Both the position numbers and the translations under genes were made by a program. This document shows positions 52,745 to 59,512 of a stretch of 64,000 nt of DNA, piece by piece. Each line of letters opens with the position of its first letter. Position 1 is the stretch's first letter. The DNA lies in IMG/VR virus record IMGVR_UViG_3300037467_001950; one strand, written 5' to 3'. Under the pieces are notes generated by a model. That model had not been told where the DNA came from. It saw only the letters and a list, made by a program, of their open reading frames with translations, and searched no databases. The DNA comes from a virus.

Positions 52745-53431
52745 TCAGGGCCGGTGGGTGGCGACGTAGTCGCGCACGGCCTTGGCGGAGTAGATGTGGT
52801 TGGCGCCGATGGTCCCGATCGGTTGGGGCGCCGTGGGGTCGTTGCGGGTCATCGTCGCCCAGGTGCCTTGGGAGACGCCGGCAGCTTCGGCACACATGCG
52901 GGTGGTCCACCGGCTGGGCGGAAGGGTAGCCTCCACTTCCTCGGTGGTGGGGCGGAAGCGGTTGCCGGGGCCGGGCCGGTGGGCGATCCAGTCCACGACG
53001 GCCTCGGGTTCCCAGTAGCGCCACATCTTGTATTCCGGCGGCACCCGCGGGTCGTGGGTGGTGTCGATCGGGTCGGGCGCCGGGTTGGTCATGGTCTTGA
53101 CGCGCACCGCCTCCCACCATGCGGAGCGGGAGATGCCGGCGGCGTCGGCGCACTGCTGGGCGTGCCAGAGCCCTTCCACGGGCGCGGTTTCCACACCGCC
53201 ACCGCGGCCGGGCCGGTTGGCGGCCCAGCGGATGACCTCGGCGGCCTTCCATTTGCGTCGGGGTCGTCCACCGAGGGCGGAGGGGAACAGTTGGGGGACG
53301 GGGTCGGGGGCGGGGTTGTTCTTGGTCTTGGAGGAGACGGCGCGCCGCCACGCTTCGACGGTCATGGGCCGTCCGGAGACGTCGGCGATGAGTCCGACGC
53401 ACTCCTCAGCGGTGACTAGTACGGGGTCCAT
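52745..53431 (-). CDS. DNA-binding protein with three tandem excisionase/MerR-like HTH repeats
   Basis: Reverse ATG 53431. There are three internal repeats of about 70 aa (for example AEECVGLIADVSGRPMTVEAWRRAV.. / AQQCADAAGISRSAWWEAVRV.. / TRMCAEAAGVSQGTWATMTRN..). Each ends in W..RPG or a similar sequence. Confidence 0.65.
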   Translation of the reverse strand: MDPVLVTAEECVGLIADVSGRPMTVEAWRRAVSSKTKNNPAPDPVPQLFPSALGGRPRRKWKAAEVIRWAANRPGRGGGVETAPVEGLWHAQQCADAAGISRSAWWEAVRVKTMTNPAPDPIDTTHDPRVPPEYKMWRYWEPEAVVDWIAHRPGPGNRFRPTTEEVEATLPPSRWTTRMCAEAAGVSQGTWATMTRNDPTAPQPIGTIGANHIYSAKAVRDYVATHRP

Positions 53432-53438
53432 CCCACCA

Positions 53439-53467
53439 TTGTTACATACCTTGTCCAGGACACTCAG
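53439..53467 (-). promoter_or_regulatory. possible leaderless promoter for the 53431 gene
   Basis: The reverse strand reads AAGGTATGTAACAATGGTGGGATG. The -10-like TAACAA ends 7 nt before the ATG. Confidence 0.3.
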
Positions 53468-53560
53468 CAACAGAGCCGGACAAATCGACAACGGCGTTTA
53501 CCGATCATCGTTGCAGCTCAGATGGGGTGTTACGGCATGGTGCCGACGCTGTGGAGTTCA

Positions 53561-53589
53561 TTGTAAACACCTGAGACCGAACGTAACAT
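53561..53589 (+). promoter_or_regulatory. SigA-like promoter (TTGTAA-17-TAACAT)
   Basis: TTGTAAACACCTGAGACCGAACGTAACAT, about 110 nt upstream of ATG 53700. Confidence 0.45.
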
Positions 53590-53650
53590 AGACAGTGATG
53601 GCGAAGCGCCGTCGACCTGGGTACGATCCAGGTCACATCTTTTCCGGGTT

Positions 53651-53688
53651 GGTGCGCCAACACCTCCCGGGGAGGCACCGAGAAGGAA
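53651..53688 (+). promoter_or_regulatory. conserved early 5'-UTR box, copy A
   Basis: GGTGCGCCAACACCTCCCGGGGAGGCACCGAGAAGGAA, then ATG 53700. Confidence 0.5.
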
Positions 53689-53699
53689 CCCGACCCTAG

Positions 53700-54140
53700 A
53701 TGACCCATACCTTCACACCGGCACCCGTGTCGCTGTTTCACCATCCGCGACTCAACGACGACGACGCCGAGATCATCGCGCAGCGCTTGGCCGTGCGCGC
53801 GGCGTACCTGTCCGGCCCGCTGGCCGGGGACTGGGTGCGCCTCGAAGAAGGCCTGCTGGTACCGATCGCGTGGACCAGCAGCGAGAAATACACGGTCCGG
53901 CTGGGAAGTCCCGACGGACTGTTCTATCTGGAGAGCGACGGAACGATGTCGTATGGGGGCAATTTCGTGCGCGGAGTACCGCGTGACCTGTTGCACCCGA
54001 CTCCGGAGCAGCACCCCACGCGGGCGTGGATCATGCACCACGGTCAGTGGGGGCCGCGCGACCAGGTGGAGTTCGACATCGAGCTGCCTGTCTGGTCGTG
54101 CCCGTATGTTCGTACGACCGAGAAGGAAGCAGTTTCATGA
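53700..54140 (+). CDS. hypothetical protein
   Basis: ATG 53700, 146 aa. Confidence 0.55.
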   Translation: MTHTFTPAPVSLFHHPRLNDDDAEIIAQRLAVRAAYLSGPLAGDWVRLEEGLLVPIAWTSSEKYTVRLGSPDGLFYLESDGTMSYGGNFVRGVPRDLLHPTPEQHPTRAWIMHHGQWGPRDQVEFDIELPVWSCPYVRTTEKEAVS

Positions 54141-54463
54141 ATATCGACACCGGCATCGAGCTGAGCGCCGCGCAGCTCGACGGCCACATGGTCAACTTCG
54201 GCATCCAGCGCACCCGGTTGACGCTGGACCGGCTGGGGATGGCTCGCCGCGACGAGGACCGGATGCGCGCGCTGCTGGCGGTGATGGAGTCGGCGGTGAC
54301 CTCGGGCAGGCGGCTGGACACCGACCGGGTCGCGGCGATGCTGGGCCAGTTCCGTACGTCGCTGGCTCGGGTGGATGCGGCGGTGGCCGACCTGGAGGCG
54401 GCGATGAAAGATTATTCCGCTCATTTCGCCGAAAGGGTTGTAAAGCCTGTACGTGGTATGTAA
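54137..54463 (+). CDS. hypothetical protein
   Basis: ATG 54137 (ATGA overlap). Confidence 0.5.
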   Translation: MNIDTGIELSAAQLDGHMVNFGIQRTRLTLDRLGMARRDEDRMRALLAVMESAVTSGRRLDTDRVAAMLGQFRTSLARVDAAVADLEAAMKDYSAHFAERVVKPVRGM

Positions 54464-54466
54464 TAT
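54438..54466 (+). promoter_or_regulatory. SigA-like promoter (TTGTAA-17-TAATAT)
   Basis: TTGTAAAGCCTGTACGTGGTATGTAATAT. It overlaps the end of the previous CDS. Confidence 0.5.
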
Positions 54467-54514
54467 AGAGGTATGGGACGGGGACAACCCCGGACCACCA
54501 CCCCGCCCCCGGCC

Positions 54515-54552
54515 GGTGCGCCAACACCGACCGGGGGAACACCGAGAAGGAA
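54515..54552 (+). promoter_or_regulatory. conserved early 5'-UTR box, copy B
   Basis: GGTGCGCCAACACCGACCGGGGGAACACCGAGAAGGAA, then ATG 54560. Confidence 0.5.
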
Positions 54553-54559
54553 ACCAGAA

Positions 54560-55615
54560 ATGAGCCACGACCTGGACGTCACCGACGGCGTCTACAGCTT
54601 CGCCGACTCCCTCACCGACGGCCGCGGCCGCGTCGACGCCTGGCACAAGCACGGCCAAGCGGTCGGGCACTGCATGACCGCCCAAGAGGTCATGAAGGAA
54701 GCCCACCTGGGCAACTGGCGGGTCCACAAGGTGCCGCTGGTCGGCCGCCCGGCCCCGATCATCACCGAGGACGGCGTCACCACCGAACCGGAGCTGGAGA
54801 TCCCCGACAAGTTCGCCTCCGCCCGCTTCAACCCCATCACCGGCGCCCGGGAATACCTGGGCATCGTCGGCAACGTCTGGGAGCCGATCCAGAACGAAGC
54901 GATCTGCGAGATGCTGAACATGATCGTCGACGAGTCCGGCGCCCACTTCGAGACCGCGGGCGCACTCGCCGGCGGGGCGCGGGCCTTCGTCACGATGAAG
55001 ATGCCCCAGTCGATCGAGCTGCGCGACAACGCCGGCAACGTCATCGACACCACCGACATGTATCTGTCGGGCCTCAACGCCCACGACGGCATGAACGCGC
55101 TGCGCGCCATCGTCACCGGCACCCGCATCGTGTGCGCCAACACCGAAACCATGGCCATCGCCGGCGCCAAGTCCACGTTCTCGATCCACCACACCCCCAA
55201 CTACGAGAAGGCCATGAAGGAGGCCCGCAAGGCGCTCGGGCTGACCTTCAAGTACATGGAGGCCTTCGAGGCCGAGGTGCAGAAGCTCTACGCCCAGGCC
55301 ATGAGCGACGAGCAGATGAAGACCTTCGCCACCCAGGTAATGAAGGTCGACAAGGCCGAGACCGAGCGCCAGGCCACCAGCCGCCGCGCCCACGCCGACA
55401 ACATCGTGAAGCTGTGGACCTCCAGCCCCACGCTGGACAACGTGCGCGGCACCAAGTGGGCCGCCTACAACGCCGTCACCGAGTACACCGACTTCTACGC
55501 CCCGGTCAAGGGCCACGGCGACCCGGCCGACCTGCGCGCGCTGCGTGCACTGACCCCGGCGTCGGTGAACCAGAACCTCAAGATCGACGCGTTCCGGCTG
55601 CTCACCACCGTCTGA
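54560..55615 (+). CDS. DUF932-family protein
   Basis: 351 aa. The layout and motifs (AWHKHG..., GLNAHDGMNALR.., RIVCANT) match the phage/plasmid DUF932 (TIGR03299-like) family as recalled. Confidence 0.7.
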   Translation: MSHDLDVTDGVYSFADSLTDGRGRVDAWHKHGQAVGHCMTAQEVMKEAHLGNWRVHKVPLVGRPAPIITEDGVTTEPELEIPDKFASARFNPITGAREYLGIVGNVWEPIQNEAICEMLNMIVDESGAHFETAGALAGGARAFVTMKMPQSIELRDNAGNVIDTTDMYLSGLNAHDGMNALRAIVTGTRIVCANTETMAIAGAKSTFSIHHTPNYEKAMKEARKALGLTFKYMEAFEAEVQKLYAQAMSDEQMKTFATQVMKVDKAETERQATSRRAHADNIVKLWTSSPTLDNVRGTKWAAYNAVTEYTDFYAPVKGHGDPADLRALRALTPASVNQNLKIDAFRLLTTV

Positions 55616-55671
55616 CCACCCGCGCGGCCGGGGGATTCGTCCCCCGGCCGCCCCATCGAAAGAAGAACCCC

Positions 55672-56004
55672 GTGCCCTCGTTCATCGACCTCGAGCGCAG
55701 CGAACTGCTCCAGACCTCGATCCGCGGCAAGTGGTCCACCCTCGACCGCCGCTTCCAGGTGGTGCGCCGACAGAACCGCGGCTGGCAACTGCTCGACAGC
55801 AAAGACCGCCACGCCGTCGTGCCGACCTGCGACAGCCGCGAAGCCGCCCAGGTCGAAATCGTGAAACGCCTGGTCACCGAACAGCTGACCCCGATCGCGG
55901 CCGCCCTGCACACCCACGACCTCGACGAGGCGTCCAACCGGATCGACAAGCTGATCCGGGAGCTGGCCACCCCGCGCCCCACGGCCGTCGGTCGGAGCGC
56001 CTGA
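55672..56004 (+). CDS. hypothetical protein
   Basis: GTG 55672 follows GAAAGAAGAA. Confidence 0.5.
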   Translation: MPSFIDLERSELLQTSIRGKWSTLDRRFQVVRRQNRGWQLLDSKDRHAVVPTCDSREAAQVEIVKRLVTEQLTPIAAALHTHDLDEASNRIDKLIRELATPRPTAVGRSA

Positions 56005-56306
56005 TGAGCCACCGCCTGATCTACATCGCCATCCCCGCCGAGACCACGCCCCGCCAGATACGCGGCGCGATCCACCGCGCGATGCGCGCCCACTCCGACC
56101 AGTGGGACTACTGGGACCGCGCCCAGATCACCGAACACGACGAACGCACCTACGCCCGTCTGTCCGAAATCCCGCCCGAGCACCGCGACTTCGACACCCT
56201 GATCGACACCGGGGGCGAGTGGTGGAGCGGGTTCATGCTGCGCCGCAACATGCTCGACAACCTCCCGCCCGACACCTGGATCGCCGCCGTCGACAGCCAC
56301 ATCTGA
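56004..56306 (+). CDS. hypothetical protein
   Basis: ATG 56004 overlaps the previous stop. Confidence 0.5.
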   Translation: MSHRLIYIAIPAETTPRQIRGAIHRAMRAHSDQWDYWDRAQITEHDERTYARLSEIPPEHRDFDTLIDTGGEWWSGFMLRRNMLDNLPPDTWIAAVDSHI

Positions 56307-56320
56307 AAGGAACCACCCCC

Positions 56321-56623
56321 GTGCCCGAACTGACCGACGAGCAGAAGACGGAGCTACGCGAATTCGCCCAGTCCGGCGTTGCTCTCGACCTGTACCTGGG
56401 CGGACTGCAATCCGGCTACGCGTCCGCCCTGATCAAACACTCGCACCTGTCCGTGGAGCAGGCCCAGCGGGTCACGATCGCCGCGATAGACAACCTGCGC
56501 GGCGACCCGATCGCCCTGCAGCAGATCCGCGACCAGCTCGGCGCCTGGATCACCGGCGACCACCCGGGCGGCGTCGCCATCGTCCGCGCCTACAAAGGCC
56601 ACCCCGAAGGAGACACCCCGTGA
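56321..56623 (+). CDS. paralog family member 1 of 3
   Basis: GTG 56321. LDLYLGGLQSGYASALI...IDNLRGDPIAL. Confidence 0.55.
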   Translation: MPELTDEQKTELREFAQSGVALDLYLGGLQSGYASALIKHSHLSVEQAQRVTIAAIDNLRGDPIALQQIRDQLGAWITGDHPGGVAIVRAYKGHPEGDTP

Positions 56624-56943
56624 ACATCCCACCCGAGGCGCAAGCGATGTTCCGGGACGCGTTGCAGCAGGCAGTCGACCGCTTCCTACGCAATTCCGAC
56701 ATTCCACTCGAAATCTATTTCACCGGTCTGCGTAGCGGCGCCATCAGCGCGCTCGCCGACGTCGGCGTGGACCTGGAAGAGGCCAGATCCCGGGCGCGGC
56801 AGATGACCGAGGTGGCACGCTGCGACCCGATCGCCCGCGAACTGCTGCGCGAAGCGTTGATCCGCACTCTCAACGGCGAGCAGCTCGACGAACTCGTGAA
56901 GATCACCGCCTACGGCTTCCCATCGAGAGAAGAGAACCGATGA
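56620..56943 (+). CDS. paralog family member 2 of 3
   Basis: GTG 56620 (GTGA overlap). LEIYFTGLRSGAISALA...VARCDPIAR. Confidence 0.55.
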   Translation: MNIPPEAQAMFRDALQQAVDRFLRNSDIPLEIYFTGLRSGAISALADVGVDLEEARSRARQMTEVARCDPIARELLREALIRTLNGEQLDELVKITAYGFPSREENR

Positions 56944-57242
56944 GCGACGAGATCGTCGAGATTCCCGCAGCTGTCACCGAGTGGCTGATCGCCAACCCCA
57001 CGTTCCTGCTGCAGGTCTACCTGTCAGGGATGAAGGGCGGTATCGCCTCGGCGTTGAACCAATTCGGCCGCGTCCCCGACGCGCTGGCCGGACAGGCGGC
57101 ACAGGCCGCGATCGACATCATCGTCGGCGACCCGATCGCTATGGAGCAGACTCGCACCTTCGTCATCGACGCGTTCGTGCACCAGCGCGCCGAGGCCGAC
57201 ATGACCGTGATCCAGGCCCATGGTCGCCACCCCGCCCCGTGA
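56940..57242 (+). CDS. paralog family member 3 of 3
   Basis: ATGA overlap. LQVYLSGMKGGIASALN...IIVGDPIAM. Confidence 0.55.
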   Translation: MSDEIVEIPAAVTEWLIANPTFLLQVYLSGMKGGIASALNQFGRVPDALAGQAAQAAIDIIVGDPIAMEQTRTFVIDAFVHQRAEADMTVIQAHGRHPAP

Positions 57243-57441
57243 CGAGCGCGCCCACCCGCCGCGCCTGAAAGCGGAGACGATCGTCGCGTTGATCGCCGCC
57301 TACCGGCGCGGCACTCTCGATCACCTGCCGATGCTCGACGAACGCGACGTGTTACCCATGCTCGACGGCACCCCCGTCGAGGTCGACGCGGCCTCCACCC
57401 TGATCGAAGCCGAACGCGTGTTCTACCCGAAAGTCAAGTGA
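57220..57441 (+). CDS. hypothetical protein
   Basis: ATG 57220, overlapping the previous gene by 23 nt. Confidence 0.4.
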   Translation: MVATPPRDERAHPPRLKAETIVALIAAYRRGTLDHLPMLDERDVLPMLDGTPVEVDAASTLIEAERVFYPKVK

Positions 57442-57475
57442 CACAACCGATTACACCTGAAAGGACGATAGTTCG

Positions 57476-58117
57476 ATGACCACTGCGATGAGTGGCGACG
57501 AGTGGGAGAGCAAACCGCCGTGGTACCGGCGGGCGCTGATGTGGCTGGGCCACAATGTGCTGCGGGTCGCCCTGGCCTTGGCGGTGATCAGTCTCGCCCT
57601 GGAGCTGGCGGCCCAGTTCACCGACGGGCTGGTCTTCTACGGCCTCGACAACGCCGCCGCCTGGATCGGCACCTCCATGATGTTGGCCTACTTCGCCTCC
57701 GACTACCACGACGACAGGCTCTGCGACTACTGCTTGCACGGCCGCATCATGGAGTCCGGCACCGAATCCGCCGAACGCAATGACCGCTGGCTGCGCTACT
57801 ACCACCGCATCCACAGCGGCCCCGTATGGAAGAAGCTCGCCGTCGTCGCCGTCTTCACCCTCACCCTCGCCTTCAGCAAGGTGTTGCCGCCGGCGTATGA
57901 GCCGGTCGTGCGCTGGCTGAGCTTCGCCGCGTTCGTCGCGTGGATCGGCGGCACGTCGTCCGTGACCACCATCCACCGCTGGAACCGGCTGTACTGCAAG
58001 TACTGCAAGCACCCGCGTGACGACCGCGACGACGAGCCGGCACCGGACTGGACCCCGCCACCGGACCCGACCGGAGAGCAGAAGACGCCCACCCCGACCC
58101 TGGTGCGTCTGCGATGA
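57476..58117 (+). CDS. membrane protein with CxxC pairs
   Basis: ATG 57476. About four hydrophobic spans. CDYCLHG and CKYCKHP. Confidence 0.55.
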   Translation: MTTAMSGDEWESKPPWYRRALMWLGHNVLRVALALAVISLALELAAQFTDGLVFYGLDNAAAWIGTSMMLAYFASDYHDDRLCDYCLHGRIMESGTESAERNDRWLRYYHRIHSGPVWKKLAVVAVFTLTLAFSKVLPPAYEPVVRWLSFAAFVAWIGGTSSVTTIHRWNRLYCKYCKHPRDDRDDEPAPDWTPPPDPTGEQKTPTPTLVRLR

Positions 58118-58515
58118 CGGGGCGGCTCCCGGATGCGCTGTTCGCACAGCTGGCGCACTTCCTGCCGTTGACCTACGAGGGGTTCCCGTGGCAGGACGGC
58201 CCGGCGTGGCTGGTCGGGACCGTCCTGCCGAACGGGGAATGGGTGTATGGGTGGCTGGGCCCCGACGGCGGGGTGCTGTCGCTGCTCAACGAACTCAAGA
58301 ACGAACGCCAGCGCGCCGACGCGTTGGCGCTCGCGTTGACCGGGACCCGGCAACGTCTCGACCACGTCGTCGCCATGCACACCGTCTACCAGCCGCCCAC
58401 CATCAGCTACCGGTGCTGCATGGCCTGCACCCGGCTCACCGGCGGGTTCGTGGCGTGGCCGTGCGAAACCTACACCGCGGCCACCGGCGCACCGGTCAGG
58501 GCGGCCGCGACGTGA
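58114..58515 (+). CDS. hypothetical protein
   Basis: ATGA overlap. 133 aa. Confidence 0.5.
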   Translation: MTGRLPDALFAQLAHFLPLTYEGFPWQDGPAWLVGTVLPNGEWVYGWLGPDGGVLSLLNELKNERQRADALALALTGTRQRLDHVVAMHTVYQPPTISYRCCMACTRLTGGFVAWPCETYTAATGAPVRAAAT

Positions 58516-58802
58516 GCGACACCACCGCCCTGCACCATGCGGCCACCTGCTGGCGTGCCCGCCACAAGATGCGCGGCCACATCGCCCTCCTGCGCGACGC
58601 GCTGGCGGTGATCGGCACCGACATCGAGGAGTTCTTGGCCGAACACGACCGCCGCGCTCTCCCGCGGGAGGTGATCGAGCTGTTCGACGGCATCGCCGAA
58701 CAGGTCACCACCGCCCTCGAAGCCACCGCCCGGGAGCTCGCGATGGCCTCCGAAAACGCCAACGACGACAAGCTGGGCGAGTACGGCGACACGACGGGAT
58801 GA
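58512..58802 (+). CDS. hypothetical protein
   Basis: GTG 58512 (GTGA overlap). 96 aa. Confidence 0.5.
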   Translation: MSDTTALHHAATCWRARHKMRGHIALLRDALAVIGTDIEEFLAEHDRRALPREVIELFDGIAEQVTTALEATARELAMASENANDDKLGEYGDTTG

Positions 58803-58882
58803 AATTGCTACCCGAATCCGGTGGATGTGTGTATGGTTACGCGGCAGAGAGCACTAGCACCGAACCAACAAAATATGTGATC

Positions 58883-59038
58883 CCCTGTGGGCGGGCCTTT
58901 TTCGGCCGGTTATCCATGAGGAGGACGAGGTTGCGGGGTTCAAGTCCCCGTCACCGCTCAGCGGCCCTGGCGGTGTAGCTCAACGGCAGAGCGCGTAAAC
59001 CCGGTCGGATCTCCATGTCCGTCCACCACCCCCACAGA
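58883..59038 (+). ncRNA. Y RNA-like 1 (YrlA-type, permuted tRNA-like module)
   Basis: The closing stem pairs CCTGTGGG with CCCACAG. The GGGCC..CGGCCGGTTATC box (58893-58914) pairs with AACCCGGTCGG (58998-59008). Internally there is a T-arm CGGGG-TTCAAGT-CCCCG, an acceptor-like hairpin CACCGC...GCGGTG and a D-arm GCTC-AACGGCA-GAGC. Confidence 0.7.
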
Positions 59039-59042
59039 TTTG

Positions 59043-59194
59043 CTCGACACGAGGATGGGCCTCGTCCGGCCGGTTATCTATTGGATATACAGGTTCGAAT
59101 CCTGTCGGCGGGGCCCGCAACCCCCCGCTGGCGGTGCCGCGACTTCGGCAGCGGCACATCCGGTCAGCACCACACGTCCCATCCTCCCGTCGAG
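59043..59194 (+). ncRNA. Y RNA-like 2 (T-arm present, D-arm replaced by another hairpin)
   Basis: The closing stem pairs CTCGAC-AC-GAGGATGGG with CCCATCCTC-CC-GTCGAG. The box GGGCC..CCGGCCGGTTATC (59057-59078) pairs with ATCCGGTCAG (59158-59167). T-arm ACAGG-TTCGAAT-CCTGT. Additional hairpins CGGCGGGG..CCCCGCTG and GTGCCGC..GCGGCAC. Confidence 0.65.
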
Positions 59195-59196
59195 AA

Positions 59197-59273
59197 GTGG
59201 TAGCGGGCCTTGCCTGCCGGTTATCGGCTGACACTCCACTCAACCCGGTAGGCGCCCCACGCCCGCTACCCAC
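59197..59273 (+). ncRNA. Y RNA-like 3 (short, no tRNA-like module)
   Basis: The closing stem pairs GTGGTAGCGGG with CCCGCTACCCAC (one bulged C). The box GGGCC..CTGCCGGTTATC (59205-59225) pairs with AACCCGGTAGG (59242-59252). Confidence 0.6.
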
Positions 59274-59280
59274 CACAATT

Positions 59281-59447
59281 GCAGATCGAGACGGGCCTCA
59301 GCCGGGCGGTTATCTTTTAATCCGCTGGTCGCAGGTTCGATTCCTGCCTCGTGCCCCCCGTAACAGCGCTACGGGGGCGCGTGTAGCTCAGATGGCAGAG
59401 CATCGGCAAATAACCCGGTCGGCGCCCACACGCCCGTCTCGCCCTGC
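59281..59447 (+). ncRNA. Y RNA-like 4 (YrlA-type, permuted tRNA-like module)
   Basis: The closing stem pairs CGAGACGGG with CCCGTCTCG. The box GGGCC..GCCGGGCGGTTATC (59293-59314) pairs with ATAACCCGGTCGG (59410-59422). T-arm GCAGG-TTCGATT-CCTGC, hairpin GCCCCCCGTA..TACGGGGGC, D-arm GCTC-AGATGGCA-GAGC. Confidence 0.7.
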
Positions 59448-59466
59448 ACACCACCACGCCCCGCCC

Positions 59467-59503
59467 GGTCGCGCCAACGACCCCGGGGCCTACGAGAAGG
59501 AAG
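59467..59503 (+). promoter_or_regulatory. conserved early 5'-UTR box, copy C
   Basis: GGTCGCGCCAACGACCCCGGGGCCTACGAGAAGGAAG, then ATG 59513. The similarity to copy B extends about 30 nt further upstream. Confidence 0.5.
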
Positions 59504-59512
59504 AACCACCCG

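Noticed and set aside
58930-59405. Possible canonical tRNA genes, suggested by GGTTCAAGTCC / GGTTCGAATCC / GGTTCGATTCC T-loops and GTAGCTCA..GGCAGAGC D-arms.
   Set aside because: The arm order is permuted: T-arm, then a closed acceptor-like hairpin, then the D-arm. No anticodon arm can be folded. This fits YrlA-type Y RNAs, not functional tRNAs.
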